In this document: positions 38,001 through 48,584 of the stretch, piece after piece
Numbering within the stretch: the first letter of the stretch is position 1
How the letters are laid out: each line of letters begins with the position of its first letter
NCBI GenBank assembly: GCA_963677495.2
Contig: CAXXOU010000004.1
Span: 1,120,001-1,184,000, forward strand
From: Candidatus Cloacimonadales bacterium
GTDB taxonomy: Bacteria > Cloacimonadota > Cloacimonadia > Cloacimonadales > JAFGVF01
Direction of reading: 5' to 3'
DNA length: 64,000 nucleotides
Notes under the pieces: generated by a model
What the model was told of the DNA's origin: nothing
What the model saw: only the letters and a program-made list of their open reading frames with translations
Databases searched by the model: none
Program-made: the position numbers and the translations under genes

Positions 38001-38420
38001 GAGTGGCATAGGCAAGCTGTCTTTAATAACTTTCACAGCCTCTGTGTACTGACCATTTGCAATCAATGATACATATGTCTGTACATCCACACCGGCTGGG
38101 CATGCAACCTTACAAGGAGCTTCACAATCAGCATAATGGTCAGAGAGAAGGAGCTCAAGAGCTGTCTTACGAGCATCAAGCACATCTTCTGTATTTGTTT
38201 CAATCTCCATACCATCGTAGATATTTGTTCCACAGGCAGTAACGAATCCGGGGCGTCCAACTAACTTAACTGCACAAACCCAGCAGGAGCCGAAAGGTTT
38301 AAGTTCTTCATCATGACAAAGAGTAGGAACTTCGATTCCATGCTCATTACATACTGCAAGGATTGTCTTAACGCAATCAACCTGTATCTTCTTTCCGTTT
38401 AATGTAATATTTATCATCAT
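35088..38420 (-). CDS. Fe-S/FAD oxidoreductase: [2Fe-2S] + GltD-like NADPH domain + NuoG-like Fe-S and degenerate molybdopterin-fold domain (NfnA/BfuA-like)
   Basis: PTLCH..GSCWVC; CEAPCKVACP; IGSGPSG; VGGGNTAIDCAR; YRRTR; CLECGC; CVKCGRCVRVC; CETCGKCIEACP; CGTCGNGC. Confidence 0.8.
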   Translation of the reverse strand: MMINITLNGKKIQVDCVKTILAVCNEHGIEVPTLCHDEELKPFGSCWVCAVKLVGRPGFVTACGTNIYDGMEIETNTEDVLDARKTALELLLSDHYADCEAPCKVACPAGVDVQTYVSLIANGQYTEAVKVIKDSLPMPLSIGRVCPAFCEQECRRTVVDESIAIRQLKRHAADIDLEKPYIPERAPLKGKKVAIIGSGPSGLTAGYYLSNQGYDVKVFEAEDKAGGWLRYGIPEYRLPKKILQKEVELMCANGMEIQYNTFVGKDVKLPELAKEYDAVYMALGALNAVPLRTEGSNIEGVHLGVDFLKATVKGEKTDLGKKCAIVGGGNTAIDCARTAVRLGCETTLIYRRTRNEMPAEPYEVDAAEEEGVKFLFLTNPAKLLPNANGRLETVKLEKMALGEPDASGRRRPQATGEYFDEQFDSIIAAVSQSPEITFLGEEENYINGKPLPVSKWSTAVVDEVTMYWGVENIFAGGDFQRGPATAVEAIADGKKAAIAIDNYLQDKMMAPVVQFDSKKEKKLKDIEPEYFEQFEKKDKIKMPEIPIKERVSTFDEVEIDYSRDSGIEEAERCLECGCQVNETCDLRRYATEYGVDAYAYAGSRNKHPVESTHPFIMHDANKCVKCGRCVRVCAEIQGSGVLGFIYRGFPTYVAPEFGGDLSETSCETCGKCIEACPVGALLPKNINYKMNPKGCDEIVQNCGTCGNGCKIKIDAYDGHIKLIETPEEQGDNLRNICFAGRFGWQAFDAENSLMKPLYQDKETIPAFTAQMLKENSISAKSKVIYVAPDATMEELALTQTIAGRINAKIGSLSLKEDISDEVPAGFMKQYSDLLETDAFYVVGDINLSLRSVLRNLQLKGKKLYWINEKETGFSKLVDKWVNYDPQVALEHTIECYESEPKCKPNCIDFNQKMVIIYNKDNVSQKVAKLAWRLAGAICDFSKGSGVMVTSNYSNAIGLLHSEIKPIAEEKADFALYYGETPSVDNGFAIAVNQFKPVMVDVAIPRPTYLEIDGTAYADGFRKTHFNNVKKSDKLANMLSVFYEAGWLKDEENNVKYWVELARMGKGICTGCTHGFDKAQLAELIASDRWNDESLKPVTVLNKQEILKLKP

Positions 38421-38429
38421 GCTACCCCT

Positions 38430-40199
38430 TTACACCTTTGAAATTGCCTGGAAACGACATGCATCGTAACAGGCTCCACATTTAATACATTTATCCTGCT
38501 CTATCACATGTGGTTCTTTGACCTTTCCACGGATAGCATCTGTAGGACATTTTCTCGCACAGGCTGTACAGCCTACGCATTTATCTGTGATAACTTCATA
38601 CTTAAGCAGAGAAGTACAAACACCGGCAGGGCATCTCTTCTCTTTAATATGAGCTTCATATTCATGTCTGAAATATTTGATTGTTGTAAGTACTGGATTA
38701 GGAGCACTCTTTCCGAGTCCGCAAAGTGAGGTGTTAATAATCTTTTGAGATAACTCAAGAAGTTTATCAATATCCTCCATCTCCCCTTTTCCTTCTGTAA
38801 TCCGAGTAAGTATCTCAAGCATGCGCTTGGTTCCGACTCTACAGAATGTACACTTTCCACAAGATTCATTCTGGGTGAAGTTAAGGAAGAATCTGGCAAT
38901 ATCAACCATACAGGTTGAAGTGTCCATTACAACCATACCACCGGAACCCATAATAGCACCTGTTTTAGTAATTGATTCATAGTCGATATGAGTATCAATC
39001 AACTCTGCAGGAATACAACCACCTGAAGGTCCACCAAGCTGAACGGCCTTGAAAGGAAGTTCATCCTTCATACCACCTCCAACTTTGTAGATAACGTCAC
39101 GGATTGTAAGACCCATTGGGACTTCGATAAGTCCACTATTTCTAATCTTTCCGGCAAGAGCAAAGACTTTAGTACCCTTACTCTTCTCTGTTCCGAATTT
39201 GGCGTATTCTTCAGCACCGTTATAGATTATCCAAGGGATGTTAGCATAAGTCTCAACATTATTGTTGTTTGTTGGCTTCTTCCATAATCCTGATTGTGCA
39301 GGGAATGGAGGTCTTAAGCGAGGCATACCTCTTTCACCTTCAATAGAAGCAATAAGAGCAGTCTCTTCACCACAAACAAAAGCACCGGCACCCTCTTTCA
39401 CATGAAGTTCGAAAGAGAAGTCTGTTCCGAAGATGTTATCACCAAGATAACCTTTTGCTTCAGCATCTTTAATCGCTTTCTGTAAGTGTTTCACAGCCAG
39501 CGGATACTCAGCACGACAATATATGTAGCCTTCATCAGCACCAATTGTATAAGCACAGATTGCCATACCTTCTAAGATACTGTGTGGATCACCTTCGAGT
39601 ACTGAACGGTCCATGAATGCACCAGGATCACCTTCATCTGCATTACAGATAACATATTTCTTTTCATTCTTCGCATCATAAGCGAACTGCCATTTCAAAC
39701 CTGTGCTAAATCCTGCACCACCTCTACCACGAAGACCTGATTTCTTAATCTCATCAATCACGTCAGTAGCAGACATCTCTTTAATCACTTTTTCAAGAGC
39801 TTTATAACCATTATTGGCAAGATAGTCATCAAGGTTCTCGGGGTCAATAATACCACAGTTTCTAAGAACTATACGCTCTTGAGCCTGGTATGTATCATTT
39901 TCAGCGCACTCATAGTCTTCAGAGATAATGGCTTTCTCTAAAAGAGGTTTACCATTAATAATTCCCTCTATAATTTCGGGCATATCCTTTGGCTCAAGGT
40001 AACCATAAGTTATGCTCTGATCATTTCCATATTTAAATTCTACAACCGGTTCGGCAAAACACATGCCGATACATCCGGTTTTTTCCAAAACAGCATCATA
40101 CTTGTTCTGCTTCAGTAAGTTCTCTACTTCCTGATATATCTCTCCTGAGCCTGCAGCAAGTCCGCAACTGGCAACACCAACTTTAATTGTAATAGCCAT
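38430..40199 (-). CDS. NuoF/HydB-like FMN/NADH-binding subunit (BfuB-like)
   Basis: GRGGAGF, ADEGDPGAFMDR, GGPSGG, CGKCTFCRVG, HIKEKRCPAGVC and a C-terminal 2x[4Fe-4S]. Confidence 0.9.
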   Translation of the reverse strand: MAITIKVGVASCGLAAGSGEIYQEVENLLKQNKYDAVLEKTGCIGMCFAEPVVEFKYGNDQSITYGYLEPKDMPEIIEGIINGKPLLEKAIISEDYECAENDTYQAQERIVLRNCGIIDPENLDDYLANNGYKALEKVIKEMSATDVIDEIKKSGLRGRGGAGFSTGLKWQFAYDAKNEKKYVICNADEGDPGAFMDRSVLEGDPHSILEGMAICAYTIGADEGYIYCRAEYPLAVKHLQKAIKDAEAKGYLGDNIFGTDFSFELHVKEGAGAFVCGEETALIASIEGERGMPRLRPPFPAQSGLWKKPTNNNNVETYANIPWIIYNGAEEYAKFGTEKSKGTKVFALAGKIRNSGLIEVPMGLTIRDVIYKVGGGMKDELPFKAVQLGGPSGGCIPAELIDTHIDYESITKTGAIMGSGGMVVMDTSTCMVDIARFFLNFTQNESCGKCTFCRVGTKRMLEILTRITEGKGEMEDIDKLLELSQKIINTSLCGLGKSAPNPVLTTIKYFRHEYEAHIKEKRCPAGVCTSLLKYEVITDKCVGCTACARKCPTDAIRGKVKEPHVIEQDKCIKCGACYDACRFQAISKV

Positions 40200-40208
40200 G
40201 CATCCCTC

Positions 40209-40670
40209 CTATTCGTATTTACTTAGAATACCGGCAACACTGTCAGCAGTTAACTTACCGTGAGTATTATCATCAACCATTACAACCGGAGCAAGACTGC
40301 AACAGCCAAGGCAAGCCACTTCCATAAGAGTGAAGCGACCATCCTCTGTAGTATCTTCCATATCAGATAGTTTCAGATAATTCTTCATTGCTTTGTAGAG
40401 CGCAGTTGCACCGGACACATGACATGCGGTACCTTTACATACTCTGATAATGTGTCTTCCCTGTGGTCTGAGTCTAAACATTGAATAGAATGTAGCCACA
40501 CCATACATTTCTGCGATTCTGATTCCCGAATTCTCGGAAACATACCTCATTGTTTCTTTACTTAAGTAACCTTCCAGTTCCTGTACCTCTTGTAACAGAG
40601 GAATGGTTACACCTTTTCTCCCTTCAAACTTCTTCAAAATTGCATCAATCTGTTCAGTATTTTTGATCAT
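40209..40670 (-). CDS. NuoE/HydC-like [2Fe-2S] subunit (BfuC-like)
   Basis: VATFY, CKGTACH and ACLGCCSLAP. Confidence 0.92.
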   Translation of the reverse strand: MIKNTEQIDAILKKFEGRKGVTIPLLQEVQELEGYLSKETMRYVSENSGIRIAEMYGVATFYSMFRLRPQGRHIIRVCKGTACHVSGATALYKAMKNYLKLSDMEDTTEDGRFTLMEVACLGCCSLAPVVMVDDNTHGKLTADSVAGILSKYE

Positions 40671-40738
40671 TTGGCCATACCTTAATCATATTTTTGTATA
40701 GTTTAAGAATTGGGTTGGATTGTGTATTTGATGTCAAT

Positions 40739-40771
40739 AAAAAAAAGGCAGGTAAACACTGTTTACCTGCC
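40739..40771 (-). terminator. Intrinsic terminator of gdhA
   Basis: GGCAGGTAAACA-C-TGTTTACCTGCC with T8 on the minus strand. Confidence 0.8.
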
Positions 40772-40782
40772 ATCAATTCAAT

Positions 40783-42162
<1,380 letters not shown>

Positions 42163-42346
42163 TTAAAGGTCAAGAACTATTTGTGTTTATGCGTCCGTAG
42201 CAATCTTTTTTCATCTGTAAAATTCTGTTATATAATACGTTATATTTCTTAAAAAACTTTTCACTTGCCAACTACGCATTCACTTTATTTTTGGCAGATT
42301 TGTTTATTGAGAGTAATATACCTTAAAATTGGGAGTTTTTCGTGTC

Positions 42347-42546
42347 TCCTCGCCCCTCCGGGGAGAGGATTAAGGCAAATATGGAGTGCACCATCTGCGT
42401 TGGTGCATCCTATCACACATCTAATCTTTGCAATATTTCTCTATTCTCCCATCTCCCTATGGTCGCTCGTAAAACGTCACTCCGGGGTGTTCATCCCGTT
42501 TTTCTAGGGAGTTTGCCAGACCAACGGGAAAGCGGACTTCCTAAAA
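42347..42546. repeat. Palindromic modules, including inverted copies of those at 34795 and 34989
   Basis: Hairpin 42347-42369; module 42386-42467; GAAGTCC..AAACTCCC module 42504-42546. Confidence 0.75.
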
Positions 42547-42632
42547 AACAACCCACCAATCCTTTTTAGGAATTTGTCATGAGCCTTTGCGAAAACGGAT
42601 TGAATTACCCCCGCTAAATAATAGCAGGCATT

Positions 42633-43076
42633 ATCCCAACGGGATAAAATGTGAGTAGCCATGAAATGCATGGAACTATGCCCCTTAATAGCAACCGACC
42701 CCAGTGGGGTCGAATATATTCATAACGAAACTTATATAAGGGATGCATATACTATGTATCATCTAATAATACATCTGCCTCCCTAAAACCCCTACTTTCA
42801 AGTAGGGGCATATAGAAACTACATACTGACCTCCCCTCCCCGGATTTCGATACGAAATCCGGGGAGGGGAGATTTTCTTAATCATAATAAAGATATGCCA
42901 CCAGATAAATCTGGTGGTTCCGGGGAGCATTTACTACGGCATATAATGTATATGATTATCGTTTTTCTTTGCACATATTAGGATGGAATATTCAACCCAC
43001 TTTGGGGTTGCAAACACTTGCTAGAATCCTAACCCCGAATTGCATGGGGCTACTCACATGTAACCCCGCTGGGGTT
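42633..43076. repeat. REPIN/MITE-like element with ~85-bp imperfect inverted ends and three internal perfect hairpins
   Basis: Ends 42633-42717 and 42988-43076 (ATGTGAGTAGCC / GGCTACTCACAT); hairpins 42789-42808, 42831-42871 and 42898-42917. Confidence 0.75.
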
Positions 43077-43296
43077 AAAGATTAAGCTATGAGCTATAGG
43101 CTATTAGCTATCTTAGCACCTTCCGAGAAAATAAAATTGTTAAGTATGACATAAGGAAGAGACCGCAGAAACCTTCTAATATTGATAGATAAATCTAGAA
43201 TCACAAGCTAAATCACGTAATTATACTTAGAAGACTATTCAACGATGTTACAGGACACTCTTAAGCAACTTGCATGGTATATTACATTACTTCAAT

Positions 43297-45237
43297 TCAA
43301 TATGAAATAATGTTGGATAAAACAGTTATGTTTTCATTTCTAGGAAATAAAATAGAGGATTCTATTGGTGTATTACGCCACACAAGAATTGATTCATAGA
43401 ATTTAACGTGTAGAAATGTTGGACATGCACTTTGTGTACGCCAATCAACTTCTCCTTTAAATTCTACGTAGGAAGCTCGTGTTTTACCCAAAAAATGAGT
43501 ATAATAAAAACTAACACGTTTCATAAACTGTAGTTCATTAAACACAGTCTCACAATTAAAATATGCTCCAAGAGCTACATCTTTTGAGAAGACCAATTTA
43601 TCAAATAAAGTACTTCCATTAAATTTTGTACTTGCGAGGAATACTTTATCCATAAAGTTTGAGTGAGAGATTGACACTTCTTGATTATATTTATTAGTCT
43701 CTATACTTGAAATTGCTTCATCTGAATTCTTTTTACCAATAATTACACTTTCAAATCGTACATTAGACCTGAAAGTGCAAGAATAAATATTCAATGCACT
43801 AATTGATGTTATCTCAGCCACTCCATTAATAAAAATATCAGAAAAAAAATCGCACGAAATAACAACTAGTTTTTCTATTGTTGTTCTAAAACCGAATCTC
43901 AAAATTCCATTGAATTTTGTATTTTTTAGTATGCACTCGTAAATATCTCCTTCAATATCAAATCCATTTTTTATTTCAGAATTAAGAATTCTAACACTAT
44001 TTCCTTTACTTTCACCATAAACAATTGATAATCCATAACATTTAACATTGTCCAAATGTAGGTCTATTGGTTTATTGTTACTGATCTTGATTCTTATTTG
44101 TCCAATTCTAACATTCTTGATGACAATATTGCCTTCGAGTTGATGATTGTAAATACTTGTTGAGGTATCTGAATCAGTTATCTCAAGATTTGCACCCAAA
44201 AAAGATTCATCAAATGTGGAGGGATAATCACCAAAATCTACTTTATGAAAAACTGTGGTGCCACCAAACTGAATATTTTTAAAACTTGCACCTTGATTAA
44301 ATTTCACACGTATGAACTTTGTATGATTTCCAAAATAAACTCTTGATTCTTTCGCAAACGCTGCTTTTGCAAGAATATCCATTCCTGATACTATTGCAAA
44401 ATTCAAAAAAACTACTCTAACAAAACTGGTAAAATCTTTAAATTTTGAACCTCTTAAACTTATTTCTCCTAATTCCATATTGTAAAACAGTGTTTTATTA
44501 CCAAAACTACTTTCATATACTCCTAAAGAATGAAGCTTCAAATTCTTTATCATCGTGTCCTCACCAAAGACACTTTCTTTTATGGTTATACTATTCATTG
44601 ATACTGTATCAAAATTGGTTGAATTACCAAACTTTGAATTTTTTATTTCAATACAACTATAGCACTGATAATCTGTACTTTTCTGAACAATGAAAAAGGA
44701 AGTAGCATCTTCAAACTCAACATTGTTGAACTCAATCGTTCCATAGATTTTACATCTATGAAATCTTGTACAATTTTTAAAGTGCGATCCATCAAATATT
44801 ATTTTACCAAGAAACATAGTATCGGTAAACGATGTATAATCTTTGAAATGAATCGATCTAAAGCTAACTTCCCATAACTCAGAATACTTAAAGGAAAAAT
44901 ATATGTCTTTAGAAAAATCCCAATCTACAGAGTTTAAAACATCTTTAAAATCGATAAAACTTAATTCTGCTTTATCCAAATATACTCTGTTACCAGTAAT
45001 TTTCAGTTGCCTTTCAACTTCATTTCTTAACAAATCAATCTCATTTGGTCTTCCAGTTATGAAATCATAAAACTTATGAGGTTTCGTAAAGGAGCCAAAT
45101 ATCCTAATAACTTCTCCTTCTTTTTTTCGTAATAGAGTATATGGATAATTAATAGTAATCTTTTTTCCAAGGTTAAATTTGTCTTCACATTCTACAATAA
45201 ACGGTTTGTTTAACCGGACTAAATCTACATTTTTCAT
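43297..45237 (-). CDS. Phe-periodic (pentapeptide-repeat-like) beta-solenoid protein
   Basis: Repeated F every 5-6 residues (e.g. F.DYTSFTDTMF..KIIFDGSHF); visibly AT-rich; ORF opens at 45270. Confidence 0.7.
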   Translation of the reverse strand: MKNVDLVRLNKPFIVECEDKFNLGKKITINYPYTLLRKKEGEVIRIFGSFTKPHKFYDFITGRPNEIDLLRNEVERQLKITGNRVYLDKAELSFIDFKDVLNSVDWDFSKDIYFSFKYSELWEVSFRSIHFKDYTSFTDTMFLGKIIFDGSHFKNCTRFHRCKIYGTIEFNNVEFEDATSFFIVQKSTDYQCYSCIEIKNSKFGNSTNFDTVSMNSITIKESVFGEDTMIKNLKLHSLGVYESSFGNKTLFYNMELGEISLRGSKFKDFTSFVRVVFLNFAIVSGMDILAKAAFAKESRVYFGNHTKFIRVKFNQGASFKNIQFGGTTVFHKVDFGDYPSTFDESFLGANLEITDSDTSTSIYNHQLEGNIVIKNVRIGQIRIKISNNKPIDLHLDNVKCYGLSIVYGESKGNSVRILNSEIKNGFDIEGDIYECILKNTKFNGILRFGFRTTIEKLVVISCDFFSDIFINGVAEITSISALNIYSCTFRSNVRFESVIIGKKNSDEAISSIETNKYNQEVSISHSNFMDKVFLASTKFNGSTLFDKLVFSKDVALGAYFNCETVFNELQFMKRVSFYYTHFLGKTRASYVEFKGEVDWRTQSACPTFLHVKFYESILVWRNTPIESSILFPRNENITVLSNIISY

Positions 45238-45400
45238 ATCAACCCACTTTATATATAAAGATTGTATCAATTCTATTTATAAAAATATCACAGTCAAATA
45301 AAATATTGTATTTCAAGAGTCTTTGCTCTAAAATGATGAGATTCCTGATTTCTGTTTAAATTGTCCCTTCTCCCCCACGTTATTCCCATGAGCAATATTG

Positions 45401-46046
45401 ACTCAATCCTCGCTCATTTCCCACTCAACACTTACTCAAAACATGTTTTGAGAGTTAGAAATTAGTAAGATGTTTGGGAGTGTTATATCTTGACTCATAT
45501 TAAATTGCTCAAGTGCAAATCGGGAGAGAATCCGGATTAAAGACGCTAAATGTAAAATGAATATGTAATAAATAGAGTCAGTTTATATGACATCTCCCTT
45601 CATCAGCCTTCGTCTAAAGCTACACCCTGACAGGCTGAAGAACTACTTGGAAATATGAATCTGGCTTCGAGTTTCGGAATTAGCGATTCGTACTTCGTTG
45701 CGAATCACTTCTTCCTTGGTCATCTTGCAATTGCATATACTCAGTTGATGCACTCCATATTTAACCTATCCAACAATACGCAATAAACGCACTGCTCTCC
45801 CACTGTGCACGCACTGTGAACCCAGTGAAACAGTGGGTTGGCAGTGCCTTCACAGTGCCTGCACAGTGCAAACACAGTGGGTTGGTTGATAGAGCAGTAT
45901 GAGAGAGAAAAAGGGCAATAAATATAGCTAAGTTATTGAAAAAGGCACTGAGTATATCAATTTCGGACTTGCGTTGCAGCGATAGCGTGACGCGAGAACG
46001 AAAACATCGGATTACGACTTCTATTTCCAGAATTAGCGAATCACAT
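45401..46046. repeat. Mosaic of repeat modules including the second CACTG/CAGTG 11-bp mirror array
   Basis: RCTCA x4 at 45401-45438; module 45604-45650; hairpin 45677-45714; array 45790-45879; GGACTTGC module 45965-46005. Confidence 0.8.
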
Positions 46047-46099
46047 TGTCAATGGCATTTTAAATTGGTACAGTTTGGCATTTAAAAATGGTACAGTCT

Positions 46100-46831
46100 T
46101 CATTTTTGAAAATTCCTTAGTCTAAAGCTGTCTCCGAGCATTGTAATTGGTTGTGAGTGATGGAGTAATCTATCAAGAATAGCAGTTGCTATCACATTGT
46201 CGTTAAAAATAGCTCCCCATTCATTAAACAACCTATTCGATGTTATGATTACTGATCTAAATTCGTATAAGAGATGGATGAGTCTAAAGAACAGATTAGC
46301 TGCCTTTGTCTGGAGAGGAAGATACCCCATCTCATCTATAACTATCAGATCATTCTTGGCTATATTGCTTAGATATTTATCTATGTTGTTATCTGCTTCA
46401 GCTAGTACAAGTTCTTCGATAAGGTTGTTCAGATTATAAAACACCACCTTATATCCTGCCTTTATTGCTTCATAACTGAGTGCTGTTGCAACATGAGTCT
46501 TACCTACTCCCGGAGGTCCCATTAAAATTATATTCCTCCTCTGCTCCAGCCAGACAAAGTTCTTCCACTCCTTTACTTGTCTTTTGGTTATTACTTGTTG
46601 ATAAGCATAGTCGAACTCATCAAAGGTCTTTATTACCGGGATGTGAGCCTGTTTAAGTCTTCTGTTGATATTGGTTTGATTCCTTCCTGAGTTCTCTTTT
46701 TCAAATAGATAATGTACGAACTCCAGATAAGTCATATTCTGTTTCTCTGCTTCTAAAACTGCACTTTCAAGAGTATTCAAAATATGAGTACAACGAGCCC
46801 TTTTGATGTATGTTTTAGTTATCTCTATCAT
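46100..46831 (-). CDS. istB: IS21 helper ATPase IstB
   Basis: GPPGVGKTH, VIDEMGY, ITSN..F.EW and AILDRLLHH...GDSFR. Confidence 0.95.
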   Translation of the reverse strand: MIEITKTYIKRARCTHILNTLESAVLEAEKQNMTYLEFVHYLFEKENSGRNQTNINRRLKQAHIPVIKTFDEFDYAYQQVITKRQVKEWKNFVWLEQRRNIILMGPPGVGKTHVATALSYEAIKAGYKVVFYNLNNLIEELVLAEADNNIDKYLSNIAKNDLIVIDEMGYLPLQTKAANLFFRLIHLLYEFRSVIITSNRLFNEWGAIFNDNVIATAILDRLLHHSQPITMLGDSFRLRNFQK

Positions 46832-46832
46832 C

Positions 46833-48308
46833 TTATAACACCTTCATGTAGTCATCTAATGAGCGCTCTATTAATGAACTCTCTGAGTCTTGTTGTGGTT
46901 CTGATTCTGATAATTCATTTAGCTTCATTTGTCTTACTTTTGCATTCAGAAGCTTCTCTATGGCTGTTGCCTTTACATGCGAAAGAGTCATTACCTCAGG
47001 AAGCACTGACTCCCATACATCTGTTTCATAGTTACGCTTAAACTTGCTTAAGGCTCTCAACTGATCCCTTGCTATTTTAGGGTTATCATTAACAAGCCTC
47101 TGGATTAGTTCTTCTCCTTGGATATATTCACTCATCTCATCCTTTACTCGCTCAATAAGCTCTTGTAGCACTACCGTAAAATCCCGATAATGATTAGTGT
47201 TTTTGATGATTTTGCCTTTTTCTGTGCATAGCTCATGTTGGCAGATTTCCTTTCTTGTATAAATATCCATCACCACTAAAGTGCTCTTTTCTTTTTGCAC
47301 ATATACCTGTTTTCGCTGATACTCTAATGGAACAGAGTACTTATTACCCTCATACGAGATTAAGCCTGTTTTATCTGCATTACGAACTTCTAAAGTGAAG
47401 ATAAACTCTGGAATATCTTTTAGCTTTAACCTCTCTTCTTGCCATACTTCTGATGGTACTTTACGGGTTGTGCCATGGGTTCTGCCGTTAAAGTGTAAAA
47501 GCCACTCAAGTCCGCGTGAACGCAGGTCTGCCAGGTCTTTGAACTCTTTGCCATACATAAAGCCATGCTTTACTTCTGAGACATTACGCTCTACTTTACC
47601 CTTGCTTTGTGGATCATAGCCTTCGCATACATGAGGATGAAAGCCCGTTTTTGCTGCAAACTGATGGAACTGATTATTTAAGATTACTTCCCGATAGCGT
47701 TCCTGTATTACTACAAGCTTTGTCTGGTCGTAAACACACTCTGAAGGGATACCTTCAAAATAGATAAAAGCTTCACGATGAGCTTCAATAAACCTTGATG
47801 TGTTATATGGTGTTGTGCTCCAATGGACATAGCTTTGACGCGAGTGGGAAAGCACAAAAACTATAAAATAAACTCTTTGACGTTTATTACCCAAAACTAC
47901 TTTCATCTCACCTGGATCAACTTGAACCTGAACACCGGGAGCCGTCTCGATTACTGCATAATTACGGTATTTATCGACAGGATAAGTCTGCTTTAGCTTA
48001 CGAACAAAATCTCGGAAAGCTCTGTCTTTTGCTTTTATCTCAGGGAACTTTTTCTTAACTTCTAAATATAGTACACTAGCTCTTAATCGTGGATATTTGC
48101 TAAGCCTTTCGCGGACATATTGCTCACATATGGCAAAACTGCTTTCACGAATGCTATTGTTTATTAGTTCCATGAACTCATCAAGTGTCATATTTATGTA
48201 TTTACCTACTGTTGTCTTTGATAGAGACAACTCCTCTGCGATCTTACGCTGACTATGCCCTTGCTTATGCATAGTTTTTATTGAATGATACACTTCTACT
48301 CCAATCAT
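46833..48308 (-). CDS. istA: IS21 DDE transposase IstA
   Basis: N-terminal HTH, ETAPG.QVQVD, YDQTK, SKGKVE and YSVP; SD GGAG before ATG 48308 (the longer ORF starts inside the IR). Confidence 0.95.
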   Translation of the reverse strand: MIGVEVYHSIKTMHKQGHSQRKIAEELSLSKTTVGKYINMTLDEFMELINNSIRESSFAICEQYVRERLSKYPRLRASVLYLEVKKKFPEIKAKDRAFRDFVRKLKQTYPVDKYRNYAVIETAPGVQVQVDPGEMKVVLGNKRQRVYFIVFVLSHSRQSYVHWSTTPYNTSRFIEAHREAFIYFEGIPSECVYDQTKLVVIQERYREVILNNQFHQFAAKTGFHPHVCEGYDPQSKGKVERNVSEVKHGFMYGKEFKDLADLRSRGLEWLLHFNGRTHGTTRKVPSEVWQEERLKLKDIPEFIFTLEVRNADKTGLISYEGNKYSVPLEYQRKQVYVQKEKSTLVVMDIYTRKEICQHELCTEKGKIIKNTNHYRDFTVVLQELIERVKDEMSEYIQGEELIQRLVNDNPKIARDQLRALSKFKRNYETDVWESVLPEVMTLSHVKATAIEKLLNAKVRQMKLNELSESEPQQDSESSLIERSLDDYMKVL

Positions 48309-48584
48309 ACCTACTCCAAACTGTCTTGAAGTAGTCATTTTTAAAGGTTGGCAGTTTTGTACCACTTTTCACTGCCATCGTGTACCATTTCTCACTGCCA
48401 TTGACAATCACATTTCATTGCGACTCACTTCTTCTTCCGGAGTGCATTTTAGGAAGTCCGTTCTCCTTTCAGTCTTACAAACTCCCTGAGATGCGGTAAG
48501 TTGTTGCTAATTGCACTGTGTGTAAGACAAGCCCCACAGAGGAGCGTGGGGCATGTTGTTATTCTGTATGAATCATGAAGAAAA

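Larger units (their letters stand above)
46047..48406 (-). mobile_element. IS21-family insertion sequence, 2360 bp, with 7-bp target duplication ATCACAT
   Basis: TGTCAATGGCA termini with internal tandem TGGCA...TGGTACA repeats at both ends; ATCACAT at 46040-46046 and 48407-48413; istA-istB inside. Confidence 0.95.

Noticed and set aside
35088..38420. [FeFe]-hydrogenase, formate dehydrogenase or glutamate synthase call
   Set aside because: No H-cluster motifs; the molybdopterin-like part is short and degenerate; no gltB nearby
38430..40670. Respiratory complex I nuoEF
   Set aside because: No membrane or other nuo genes adjacent; extra N- and C-terminal Fe-S domains fit HydB/Bfu
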